Positions 11,801-23,120 of a stretch of 64,000 bases of DNA are shown piece by piece. This DNA is from Heptranchias perlo (lineage: Eukaryota). The notes below the pieces were generated by a model. The model saw nothing but the letters and a program-made list of their open reading frames with translations. It ran no database searches and was not told the DNA's origin. Location: assembly GCF_035084215.1 (NCBI RefSeq), contig NC_090329.1:51274001-51338000 (forward strand). Direction: 5' to 3'. Every line of letters begins with the position of its first letter. The first letter of the stretch is position 1. Both the position numbers and the translations under genes were made by a program.

Positions 11801-14800
11801 GCCTAGTTTAATTAAGTTTAGTTTTATGCTATTAGTTACTTGCACACAGTCCTAAGAAAGAAGAAAACAGAAGAGATACTCACCAACATCACACTACAGT
11901 TTGGTTTTGTTGTTGCTGTGACCCGCTCTCTGTACACTCCTCTCCGCTGTCTAATCAAATACACTTCACTTCTTACTGCACCAAATCTCCAATCAGACTG
12001 TCGAAACTCCCTCAGAGTTAGCAAAGCCCTTCTGAATTCATGCTAGCATGAATGCCAATCACCTGAGTCAGCCCCAGCTAACAGTAGATTACTAGTTCTA
12101 ACCAGTCACCTAGTTAACTAGGTGCCCAACTACAACTTCAGGCTGCTTGTTTACCACTAGCTGAAAAATGCAAAATTAAATTTAAGTTAAATGCTTGATG
12201 CCAAACTTAGTCAAATTTTAGATAAAGATCAACCCTTAAAAATCCCCAATTTCAGGCTGCTTACAAACCTTGTAATAACCACCTTCTGCTCCAATGGGAA
12301 TAGTAACAACAATGTTTGTATCATTGTATGATAATGTATAATTCATCTCAGCTATTGTATCTGGTTTCAGTACAACATTGTTGACTCCCATAACAATAGA
12401 ATCATCATAGAACGGTTCTTCTGGGAAACTAAGGGAAGGGATTCTTCTTGGAATTCTCCAGGTGATTTTATTCTCAGTGAAGGTAATGCCATCTGTCAGT
12501 ATAGAGGAGATAATATCAGCATGTGTTTCTCAACTTATCAAATAGCTATTGTGGAATTAATTATAGCTGCAAACTCAATCCTAACCATCCTTAAATGCAC
12601 TTCATGATGGGCCTTTACAATAAGTTACTGTTGTGTTCAGGCCCAATATTCATCAGAATGCATGATTAGTCTTCAAATGACCTTCACAGCCTTAAAGCTG
12701 CTTCCTTTGTAATTAATTAAAAGAATGCTTAAAATAGCCAGAAACTCAAAACAAGCTTTTCAAATAATATTACAGCATGACTCTTCAAACTGATTTAAAA
12801 AATACTAGGAGATTGCAGACATCAGTTAAGATACAAGTAGCATTGATCCCAATTCATTTACATTAATACAAGGTCGGGGGGGGGGGGGGGGGTCTTGTGG
12901 ATGCCAACTTCAGCTTGGCACGACCTCCATATTCAGTCAAATCCCAAATGAAGGTTAAGCTCATGGCATACAAGGGCATCTAAACACATGCAAGAAAGCA
13001 AGGTTCTAAAAGTAGATTTGTGGGAAATAAGCCAGGGAGGGTTTCTTTTGGGGGTGGAACAAGGGGTGCAAATTTAGTGTTCACATACAGGTAAACACGT
13101 GGATTTTACAATAGCTTGGTTTAGAAACAAAAAGCTCACCAGTAGGACAGGCTACAGCTGTGTCAATCAAGATGATCATCCATTCTTGTTTGTAGAATGT
13201 GGTTGATCGGATGCTGGATATTGGCACGTTTTCTACCTATAGATATTATTGCAATAGGATATACATTTAGAATGCAAAAGGTAGCACTTTAGATTGAGCC
13301 ATTTCTCAGTACCCACCATTAACTGCTCAGCTTCAGTTGCATTATAGGGTGCCCTCAATAATAGCCGAGAAACTGTTGTATCAATTCTGTAATGAGCCCC
13401 CAATGTTTCATTCACAGTCATGGTTTTAGTTCCTTCAGGAAGGTGGAATACAACTTGCCAAACTGAGTTTTCAGCTTCTTGGGCCTGAAACAAAACCATA
13501 TTTCAATGTTAACAAATGCAATTAGATTCTCTGAACCAAAAGCAGGACAAGCAACTTACCAATGGAACAGCTGCCACCCAGTCTTCATTATAGTCATTTT
13601 CAATTCCTGGTATTATTCTTTGTACTGAAACCTATCCAATGCCAAGGAGAGACAGTGCAGTTAATTTCTTCCAGCTTACTGATATGGAAACTCCATAGCG
13701 TACTTACTCATTTTACTGGTAATGACAGCTCAAGCACCAAATTATACATTTTATCACAAAGTAATTTCACAAATAAGTTAACTCCTTCAAGAATTTAGTG
13801 TATTTCTTGGTAACATTTCCAATTACTATATATAGTTTCATCCCAAATCCATAGTCTGATTCTATAAACACCAGCTATAGATGAACAGCCACAAGCTTTA
13901 AAAGCTTCAGATGTACCGCTTAAGTTACATTAGGAACCATCTGGTTTCCAACATATGTCAACAGCTGAAGCATCTAGGTCTTCCTCCCCCATTGAGTGAA
14001 TTCTGCATTTCATGTGCAGAATTAGAAGTCAGTACAATTTAAAGAAAAAAAATCCTTGCCAATTAACACTGCAACCATCAGGATCCCTGCTGACAAGCCA
14101 TCTGACTGTGTTGATTCTTACAAAGAAGGGAGCAATATAGTAGACAGAGGACCGAATCATCCATGGATCCTCAACTCCCAGCACAAGTGCCAGGCTACAC
14201 CTGCTGGGAACCTCACCAAGTCCCTCTTTAATTCTAGGAAGTCTGGCAGGAAGGTTCCTTAGTTCACATTTTCTGGCAGTCAGCTGTACCATTATAGGCA
14301 TCTCCCATGGCAGAGGGACTGGAAAACCAATGGGGTAGAGTAAAGTTTGTGGCCCCTTTATAATAGGTATTCAAAAAGAGTGTAACAGTGATCTAGGTAG
14401 AGTCCCAGGCATGCCCCACTTCTACCAGCTGGTCAACTAGTTCACTTATCTGGTGTGCTAGTGGATCCCTGGCCAAGTCTGGTGAAACTGGGAGCCCTGT
14501 CACTAGCCACACCCCTTGAACAGGTGACTGCATGGGGACAAGCAGTTTAGATCCCACACCAGCATCTGCTGCATCAGGGTCCAGGCACATTTCCATACTT
14601 CCACTAGATGTATAGTAGGAATGTACTAGGAACATGGACATTAAACCAAATTGTCAATTTGTAGACATGTTCAAACAGTTTCTAAAGAAATAAAATTTCA
14701 GGTGTACAAGTGCTTTAGGTTTGTTTAGCTTAGTGGGTGCATTGGAACTGGTTCTGGGAGAGGTCTGCACCTGGGCAGGGCCAGGCCCGCTGTCCTAGGG

Positions 14801-17800
14801 GGAGTGTTTGCTAGTGCTGTTGGGGAGGGTTTAAACTAAAGTGGCAGGGGGTTGGGAACCTGAGCAGGGAGACAGAGGAAAGTGTGTCAGGAAGGGACAG
14901 AAGGTATGGAGTAAAAGGTAAAGTGTTAAAAAAGGAAAAAGCAGGAACTAAGTGTCACAAAACATTTGAAAGTTCTTTATCTGAATGCATGTAGTATTCG
15001 TAACAAAATGGACGGGTTAACAGCACAAATAACTACATATGGGTATGATCTTGTGGCCATTACAGATACATGGCTGCAGGGTGACAATGACTGGGAATTA
15101 AATATGCCAGGGTATTTAACAATCAGGAAGGACAGGCAGGAAGGAAGGAAGGGGAGGTGGGGTGGCTATGTTAACGAAGGAATCACTAATACAGAGAAAT
15201 GATATTGGGACAAAGGATCAGGATAATGAAAGAGTTTGGGTAGAGATAAGGAATACTAAGGGGAAAAAAACACTAGTGGGTGTAGTATATAGGCCTCCTA
15301 ATGGAGGAAACTCTGCTGGAAGTAGTATTAATCAGGAAGTAGTCAGGGCATGTAATAAGGGAACAGCTATAATTATGGGGGATTTTAACTATCATATTAA
15401 CTGGACAAATCAAATTGGGCAGGGGAGCCTTGAGGAAGAGTTTATTGAGTGTATTAGGGATGGATTTCTTGAGCAGCATGTAACTGATCCTACAAGGGGG
15501 CAAGCAACCTTGGACCTGGTCCTGTGTAATGAGCCAGGATTCATTATATCCTAGTTAAGGATCCCCTTGGAATGAGTGACCATAACATGGTTACATTCCA
15601 TATCCAATTAGAGGGTGAGAAGGTTGGTTCTCAAACAAGCGTACTGAGCTGGAATAAAGGAGACTATGATGGTATTGATTAAAGTGGACTGGGAAAATAG
15701 ATTAAGGGTAAGACGGTACATGAACAGTGGTGTTCATTTAAGGAGTTTTTTACAACTTTCAAAAAATATATTTTCACTGAGGAAAAAAAGGGTGTAAAAG
15801 AAATGACAGCCATCTGTGGCTAAGTAAAGAAATTAAGGATAGTATCCGACTAAAAACAAGGTAGCCAAACTTAGTGGGAGGATAGAAGATTGGGAAGTCT
15901 TCAAAAGACAGCAAAAAGTAACTAAAGGATTGATTAAGAAAGGGAAGATAGATTATGAAATTAAATGAGCAAAAAATATAAAATCAGATAGCAAGAGTTT
16001 CTCCAGTTATATAAAAAAAAGGGTGGCTGAGGCAAACGTACGTCCCTTAGAGGGTGAGACCAGGAAATTAATGGTGGGAAACATGGAGATGGCAAAAATG
16101 CTGAACAAATATTTTGTTTCAGTCTTTACGGTAGAGGACACCAAGAATATCCCAACAGTGGACAAACAGGAGGCTCGGGGGGGGGGGGGGGGGGGAGAAG
16201 AGAAAGCGGGGAGGAGCTAAATATGTTTAAACAACTAAGGAATTGGTACTCAGTAAAATAATGGGACTCAAGGCAGATAAATCCCCTGGACCTGATGGCT
16301 TACATCAGAGGGTCCTGAGGGAAGTGGCAGTAGGGATTGTGGATGCTTTGGTAATAATTTTCCAAAATTCTCTGGACTCGGCAAAGGTCCCGGCAGATTG
16401 GAAAACTGCTAATGTAACACCGTTATTTAAAAAGGGTAGTAGGCAGAAGGCTGGAAATTATAGACCAGTTAGCCTAACATCTGTGGTGGGTAAAATTTTG
16501 GAGTATTATTAAGGAGACAGTAGCAGAACATTTGGATAAACATAATTTAATAGGACAAAGTCAGCATGGCTTTACGAAGGGGAAGTCATGTCTGACAAAT
16601 TTGCTTGAGTTCTTTGAGCACATAACATACAGGGTGGATAAAGGGGAACCAGTATATTTAGACTTCCAGAAGGCATTCGACAAGGTGCCACATAAAAGAT
16701 TATGGGTCAAGATAAAGAATCACTGGATTGGGGGTAATATTCTGGCATGGGTGGAGGATTGGTTATCGAACAGGAAGCAGAGAGTTGGGATAAACGGTTC
16801 ATTCTCGGACTGGCAACCAGTAGCCAGTGGTGTTCCGCAGGGGTCGGTGCTGGGTCCCCAACTCGTTACAATCTATATTAACGATTTGGAGGAGGGGACC
16901 GAGTGTAACATATCAAAGTTTGCAGATGATACAAAGATGGGAGGGAAAGTAGAGAGTGAGGAGGACATAAAAACCTACAAGGCAATATAGACATGCTGGG
17001 TGAGTGGGCAGAGATTTGGCAGATGCAATACAATACTGGAAAATGTGAGGTTATGCACTTTGGCAGGAAAACAATCAGAGAGCAAGTTATTATCTTAATG
17101 GCAAGAAACTGGAAAGTACTGCAGTACAAAGGAATTTGGGGTCCTAGTGCAAGAAAATCAAAAAAGGTTAATATGCAGGTGATCAAGGCGGCTAACGGAA
17201 TGTTGGCTTTTATTGCTAGGGGGATAGAATATAAAAACAGGGAGGTATTGCTGCAGTTATACAAGGTATTGGCGAGACCGCACCTGGAATACTGCATACA
17301 GTTTTGGTCTCCATACTTAAGAAAAGACATACTTGCTCTCGAGGCAGTACAAAGAAGGTTCACTCGGTTAATCCCGGGGATGAGGGGGTGGACATATGAG
17401 GAGAGGTTGAGTAGATTGGGACTCTACTCATTGGAGTTCAGAAGAATGAGAGGCGATCTTATTGAAACATATAAGATTGTGAAGGGGCTTGATCGGGTGG
17501 ATGCGGTGAGGATGTTCCCAAGGATGGGTGAAACTAGAACTAGGGGGCATAATCTTAGAATAAGGGGCTGCTCTTTCAAAACTGAGATGAGGAGAAACTT
17601 CTTCACTCAGAGGGTAGTAGGTCTGTGGAATTTGCTGCCCCAGGAAGCTACATCATTAGATAAATTTAAAACAGAAATACAGTTTCCTAGAAGTAAAGGG
17701 AATTAGGGGTTATGGGGCGCGAGCAGGAAATTGGACATAAAGCAGAGTTCGGATCGGTCAAGGCCCTGTGGGTGGCGGAGCGGGCCCAGGAGCTGAGTGG

Positions 17801-20005
17801 CCGGGTTCTGCTCCTACTTCTTGTGTTCTTTAGATTTGAGGTTAGGATCAGATCAGCCATGATCTTATTGAATGGCGGAGCAGGCTCGGGGGGCCGATTG
17901 GCCCACTCCTGCTCCTATTTCTGATGTCTTATGTCCTTATTTTTAGTTATATGGGGAAATCAAGATATGATAGTTAATATCCCAGGATGACACTACAGCT
18001 TCTATGGGAAGATGCTCAAGGAACAACAGTATGCAAGGCCCAGAAACTACATCTAAATTACAACTATATATTTGCATGAGAAGTGAAAAAGCTCTCACAA
18101 TTAGACTAGTCTGAGTGAAGATGGCTTTTGAAGTTAAAAAAAAAGCCTGTTCACTGGAGTGCAATTTGTGAAGAGTTGAATTAAAATCAGCAAGGAGTGA
18201 AACTACATTAGCCCTAGTGTGCTTTCCTCTCAGCTATAATGCTTACCTCCATATAGTTTTGTTCACAAAGGATTTCTCTCACTTGCCATGGGAAATATGA
18301 GCAAGTCATGGTATGGAAGTAAGTTGATACTCTTTCCATGTGGCCAATTGCAGCAATCCAAATTTGCACAGTAAGCCTAAACAGGTCATCACCCTGGAAT
18401 TAATAGCAAATTGGAGCTTTAAAAAATCTGTAGTATAAATTAGGCATTACAGCACTAAATAAATCTCTCCAGATTCAGAATAAAACTTTTCTTCCTCTTC
18501 ATTGTAGACAACATAATCCACCATGGATAGTGTTTAAACTGATCAGGAGCAATGGTTGGTTAAATCAGAACAGAATTCTGATTCCTCTACAGAACAGCAT
18601 ACATAAATCATTGTCATTTCATGCCCCAAAAAAAAGTCAGCTTTCACTGCCCTTGATGTCACTTTAGAATCGGTTTTCTTGTGCAGAAGAATGAAGCTCA
18701 GTGAGTTAAATGCATGGATATGCAGACGGTCACAAATCCCCAAACTGGCTCAGGAGATTGGTAATGGATTAAATATTGCCATTTATGCTGCCTACAATAC
18801 ATTTTAAAGTGTTAAAATCAAACATTCTGCTGTTAAACCCTTATCCTATTTTCATTTAGGAAATAGGACAACTTACTGGGTATGCCCCATTACACCCAGT
18901 ATAACCACTACCTCCACATAACATTTTAGTCTTTCCCCAGAGAGAGAAAAAAAGTGTTAAGACATGGTCCTAAAACAGACAACAATCCCACATAAAGTAT
19001 CTATTCAGCCCAACAAGTCAATGCTCCACACAAGCCTTCTCCCACCATGAAATCTCTTCAGCCATTGTAAATCAGTTGCCTTGGTCAGAGGTCGAGTCAG
19101 TCTTCTACAGCAGCTAGATAGGGAGGGCTAAATGTAAAAATTTAGAGCCCCTCCCCCGTATGTACTGTAAATTGTATTGTTAGGGAATTGAACAGCAAGT
19201 CGACTACTTATTATTTCCGTTCATGCAGCACTATGACTATCTGCAGGTTGAATTCCTATTTCGTTTGAAGTAGGAAGTGGCATTTGCCACAATAACCCGT
19301 CAATCTGATCAAGTGCCCCCTTTTACAAGGAAGAGGCTAAAACAACTGCCAACAAACTTTAAAGCAAAATGTGCGCGAGTTTAAAATACAACCACATATC
19401 GAGCAGTGCCCACCGGTCTCGAAACGCTCACTAAAATGTTATTAACACGTAGTGTACGCAGGCTCTTACCTCGTTTACTACCAGGCATGCCAACACCGAG
19501 GCACGCAACACAACGTTACCAAACGGATCCTCGGATACAGTGTAGCCACATTCGGTTGCGAACGGGGAGGTGAGCGGATAGACTTTGCCGGTTGGATCTA
19601 GCAATCGGAAGATGTAATGAGAATGGGACAGAATAGGAAAACAGGATCTAATCTTCAAAGATTAAAGAGATTTACCGGTGACCCCGAGAGTCCACGATTT
19701 GTCCTGCAGGAAGGAGGCATCCAGCCGGATCCAGAAGAGACGTCCAGAGCAACTACTCTGTAGGAGACCTGCATAAAAAGGGAGAAGGGAAGTGGGACAG
19801 AGTCCGTCTACCAAGAGATACACGGGTTATTAAAAACAAATCTCATTCTGACCTGGAGGCGGCGAGCGTTGCGTCCACGTGTTGGTGATAAACACCGTCA
19901 GGACTAACGTTATCCTAGAAAAGAAAAAAACACTCAACGTGGAACGTACATGAAACATCACTACTTTGGGCACTTGTAACCGGCTTACCCCACGAGAACA
20001 CCCAT
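2824..20005 (-). CDS. ZPAX-like zona pellucida/egg-envelope glycoprotein, copy 1 (23 coding exons, 944 aa)
   Basis: Hand-spliced GT-AG exons, all phase-compatible: 20005-19989, 19914-19853, 19768-19676, 19597-19470, 18393-18247, 13631-13560, 13484-13317, 13236-13140, 12492-12269, 7847-7709, 7632-7424, 6194-6077, 6006-5801, 5721-5604, 5523-5357, 5189-5092, 5015-4900, 4454-4404, 4329-4140, 4061-3923, 3762-3672, 3598-3515, 2924-2824 (2835 nt). Signal peptide [25 protein letters not shown]-type N-terminal motifs: [74 protein letters not shown]: CPNGTM..KCQP..SCGT..LIYENEV..TVSCRY. ZP-C: [35 protein letters not shown]. Hydrophobic C-terminus. The subfamily (ZPAX versus a related clade) is from recalled motifs, not a tree. 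Confidence 0.9.
7942..12256 (-). mobile_element. Near full-length degraded CR1 LINE in intron 9 of copy 1
   Basis: ORF1 with Cys motif ([14 protein letters not shown], ~11730-11650) and SGNH esterase ([21 protein letters not shown]). ORF2 fragments: [56 protein letters not shown]. 3' tail at ~7942. Absent from the 118-bp intron 9 of copies 2 and 3. Confidence 0.95.
14744..17940 (+). mobile_element. 5'-truncated degraded CR1 LINE in intron 5 of copy 1
   Basis: End of ORF1, then APE endonuclease ([31 protein letters not shown]) and RT ([17 protein letters not shown]), frameshifted, with a TTATG-type tail. Empty site gtgcatttttagttatat at ~38033-38050 and similar at ~56860. Confidence 0.95.
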
Positions 20006-20260
20006 CCTCCAGCACAGTAAACACACTGTACTACAAACTATAGGAACTGTTACCCCGTAAGAGTCACAACTATCGCCTTTTAACCTTTTTCAACCACTTC
20101 CCTCACAATTGATGGTATTTGTCCCCCGAAAGTGAAACACTTACAAAGTTATTGCTGACCAATCCGAAGTCACAGTTAATGTCAACTAATCACAGGGATG
20201 AGGAATTTCACGAGCGAACCCAGTGAGCAGTTGGAGAAAATCAACCAACTGAAATGATCG
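20006..20260 (-). promoter_or_regulatory. Putative proximal promoter of ZP copy 1 (paralogues 40161-40415, 59018-59272)
   Basis: Lies directly upstream of the ATG in a visibly CpG-richer zone (~19370-20270). Contains CCAAT (~20159-20163) and E-boxes CAATTG 20106-20111, CAGTTG 20228-20233 and CAACTG 20246-20251, and is essentially identical in all three copies. The transcription start is not determined. Confidence 0.45.
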
Positions 20261-20653
20261 AGGGAAACACAAAACTCATCACCTCTCCAAACACCTCTTC
20301 TCAGGTTCCCTTTCATTTCTGACTTTTTAATCTTAAATTCTCTTTTTGAACTTGGGCTTAATGACTTTAATTTTGTGATGAAATATTGCACTCTGGTTTA
20401 GTTCAGATTTCGGAAGATCGATATGTGCACGGTTTAAAATCAAGTGTTTTATCAGTTTGATCACCATCAATGCCTTCTGCATCCATGTCCTGCAAATGTT
20501 CTTCCTGACGATTCCACCTCATTTCTATTAGCTTTCGTACTGACTTTTGTCAATTTTCAGAGTTTTAAAGATTCACACAATCCGCAAAGATTAGGTTGTG
20601 TCGGAGTCCCTGCCCATGCCGTTTTCTGTCATTAGGCAACCAGGTATATAATG

Positions 20654-20781
20654 ACATTCACCTGACGAAGTAGGAAGCCTCCGAAAGCTTGTGATTTTCA
20701 AATAAAATTGTTGGACTATAACTTGGTGTTGTAAGATTGTTTATATTTGTCAACCCCAGTCCATCACCGGCATCTCCACAT
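20654..20781 (+). mobile_element. 128-bp Penelope-like terminal-repeat insertion with 13-bp target duplication
   Basis: Flanked by caggtatataatg/cacgtatataatg; empty site in copy 3 at 59686-59698. Contains a hammerhead-like core, AATAAA and the tail tgttggactataac..ccccagtccatcaccggcatctccacat. The Penelope assignment is from recalled family features. Confidence 0.75.
20658..20694 (+). ncRNA. Minimal type I hammerhead ribozyme motif (Penelope type)
   Basis: TCAC-CTGACGA-A-GTAGG-AAG-CCTCC-GAAA-GC-TT-GTGA: stem I TCAC/GTGA, CUGANGA box, stem II with one mismatch, GAAA box, palindromic AAGCTT in place of stem III. Confidence 0.65.
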
Positions 20782-20854
20782 CACGTATATAATGCATACA
20801 CATTAAGATCTTTAATGCCTTATAAACAGAAAAAAAGTTGTTTTTCATCTTTAA

Positions 20855-20995
20855 TTCGATAAATACTTGAAAAGGAAAAATTTGCAGGGCTATGGGGAAC
20901 AAGCAGGAGTGTGAGAGTAATTGGATAACTCTTTCAAAGAGGCGGCACTGATACGATGGGCCGAACGGCCTCCTGTGCTGTATGACTCAATGAAT
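20855..20995 (+). mobile_element. Short CR1-type 3' tail fragment (paralogues ~41010-41150, ~59760-59900)
   Basis: aaatacttgaaaaggaaaaatttgcagggctatgggg...gatgggccgaacggcctcctgtgctgtatgactcaatga resembles the ORF2 end and 3' stem-loop of the other CR1s here. Confidence 0.65.
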
Positions 20996-21179
20996 TCACC
21001 ATCCCTTACTATTTGATGTGGACACACTTAAACATTTGTCTTTGTCATTGCTTTCTGTGCATTTTCTCCCACTCTTATTCCTTATTGTCTTCTTTCTTAA
21101 CTCATCCTCTTGAAGTTGAATTTCTGGCCGCTGCAATTACAGTTGCTGCTACAAATTTTAGGTCATGGGAATAACTCTG

Positions 21180-21925
21180 TATTCCTCTCGTGTTGTTTTG
21201 GAGGAGGAAGATGAAGCTCTGAGAGGCAGGTTTGTTCACACGTGAGAAGGACTGCCCCAACCATTCTACAGAAGGAACATGATCACAGACCCACGTATAA
21301 CTACTGGGGTGTGTCTGAGGAGATCTGTCTTCACAGCTGCACTTCACCAGGGAGGCAGTTCTTCAGTATCATCCGGCTTGACTTTCAAATAAGATTGGTG
21401 ACTCTGCCAATGGCCTAAATGTTTATGACTACATACCATTCCAAGACACCTCTGGTATATGTACCAAATCAGACTATCAGCAGTGCATTAATGCATACAG
21501 CAGGTGACAGATGCATTATTTGTCAGAGCGAAGTCTTTCATAACTTTTCCAATGGAAAACCAACTGCAGCAAGAGAGGGCACTATTTCTGTGTCCCTGAA
21601 AGTACAGGGCATAATTGATGGCACACATGTGGCCATCCGGGCCCTTACACTGAATTCCGTGGTCTTCATTAATATAAAGGAATACCATTTGGCCAATGTG
21701 CATATCTATGACCATATTCGCAAAAGTATGTAACTGAACGGCTGTTACACTAGTAGCAGTCATAATGTCTTAATTTGAGACAATCCACCATGCTATCATT
21801 ATTTCAAAGAGAAAGCAAACTGGACAGATGGGTCCAGGGTGTCCAAGGATACCCTCTTCTGCCCTAACTCATGCCCCATTGGTACAGCCACAAACAGAAG
21901 GCGAATTGTAACATAATCACTAGAG
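21180..21925 (+). mobile_element. Decayed PIF/Harbinger (HARBI1-like DDE) transposase remnant
   Basis: QVTDAL, VQGIIDGTHVAIRA..FINIKEYH..NV and GYPLLP*LM..QPQTEGE match Harbinger DDE motifs (GAIDGTH, NRKGYHS.NVQ, GD.GYPL..WLMTP); many stops and frameshifts. Boundaries approximate. Confidence 0.8.
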
Positions 21926-22295
21926 CATGAGATAAAAATAGATGAGGAGGCCCATTCAGTCCATCTTAGTTCACCTATCCAGAAAAACCGTACACTCCTC
22001 CTATTGCAGCATCTATTATTTTCTTAAATGATTCCAGGGTTTATGCTCCAGTATGCGACCCACAAGTCCATTCCATGTATTAATCACTCTTTGTGTTAAG
22101 AACTTCTTGACATTAGTTTTAAATTTTCATTTTGCTAGTTTGGCCCTGTTTCCCCTTATCCTACCCTCACAATTTAAGTTGAATTAATATACTGGATTTA
22201 CCTTTCCTATTCCATTAACTATTTTGTATCACTCTATAAGATTACTTCTCAGTCTTCTCCTTTCATGGCTGAAAAATATGAGTTTGCCAGTGTTT
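21925..22295 (-). mobile_element. Old CR1 3' fragment (paralogues ~42058-42428, ~60830-61200)
   Basis: ggaggcccattcagtccatc tail, ccattccatgtattaatcactctttgtgttaagaac (FFTQRV..W-like on the minus strand) and ctataagattacttctcagtcttctcc (RRLR.DL-like). Confidence 0.65.
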
Positions 22296-22404
22296 TTGTT
22301 GATTGCTGCTCTGGACCTGTTGAGCATCCAAAGCAGCAACTTGTCCGTTCTCTTCACAGATGCTGCCTAACCGGCTGAGTGTTTCCAGCAGTTTCTGTTT
22401 TTGG

Positions 22405-22582
22405 AAGTGTTGGAAGCAGAATCCATAATAGTTTTAAAAAAGGAATTGGATAAATATTGGAAAAAGAAAAATTTAAAAGGGTGTGAGTAAAAGTGATCAA
22501 GTATTTAGCTCTCTCAGAAAGCTTATACCGACATGATGGGATGAATGGCTAGATTCTGTGCTGTAAAATATCTATAATTCTA
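22405..22582 (+). mobile_element. Old CR1 3' tail fragment (paralogues ~42538-42715, ~61310-61487)
   Basis: VLEAESIIVLKKELDKY-like ORF2 end followed by gatgggatgaatggc..ttctgtgctgtaa..tctataattcta. Confidence 0.65.
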
Positions 22583-23120
22583 AGAAGTGTTTGATACTAG
22601 AAGCCACCTTGGTCAAGTTGATTCAAGCAAAAGTTTTACAAATCTCTTGTGCTAATGTAAAGCCCTCCCTTCCATAGTTGCTGGTGGGGTGTTCAAATTC
22701 CATCAGGGTGACAAGTGGGATGTGGAACTGTGTATTGTGTCTCTGTAGATAAGTAGGCTGGCCTACTTTTAAAGGGCTACCTAATCGGAACAGAAAATTG
22801 TGGGGGAGATTGGAAAGGACTGGCATCTTTGTTGTTCCATAAATGGCCTTGCCAAGCATGAGCCCAGGTCATGACTTCATTGGGTTTGTTTTGTCTGGGA
22901 GCAGTAATAGTTTGGGTATGCAAAGCTGCCTCTGGCTTTTGGATGATATCTCTCCAAATCTCTGTTCAGCAAGGATCAGACGTCCCTTACTACTGACAAA
23001 AAAAAATGTTTTCGCAGTCCAGCACCAAATGCTCTCGCTAAGAAATGAAGACGTTTTTGCCCTTTACACTTGTAGCAACATTCTCTTATTACTTAGAATA
23101 ATATCATTCAGTCAGTTCAG

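Noticed and set aside
18660-18795. Possible additional ZP exon in intron 4
   Set aside because: Stops occur in all three frames after the candidate acceptor, and exon 4 joins exon 5 in phase without it.
20560-20594. Candidate upstream exon (SFKDSHNPQRL) for the ZZ fragment
   Set aside because: It is phase-compatible, but the GTTGTG donor is weak and is absent in unit 3; no start codon could be linked.
22310-22403. Second possible hammerhead before a cacagatgctgcc..gagtgtttccagc Penelope-like tail
   Set aside because: The core reads CTGTTGA and has no GAAA box, so it is too degenerate to call.
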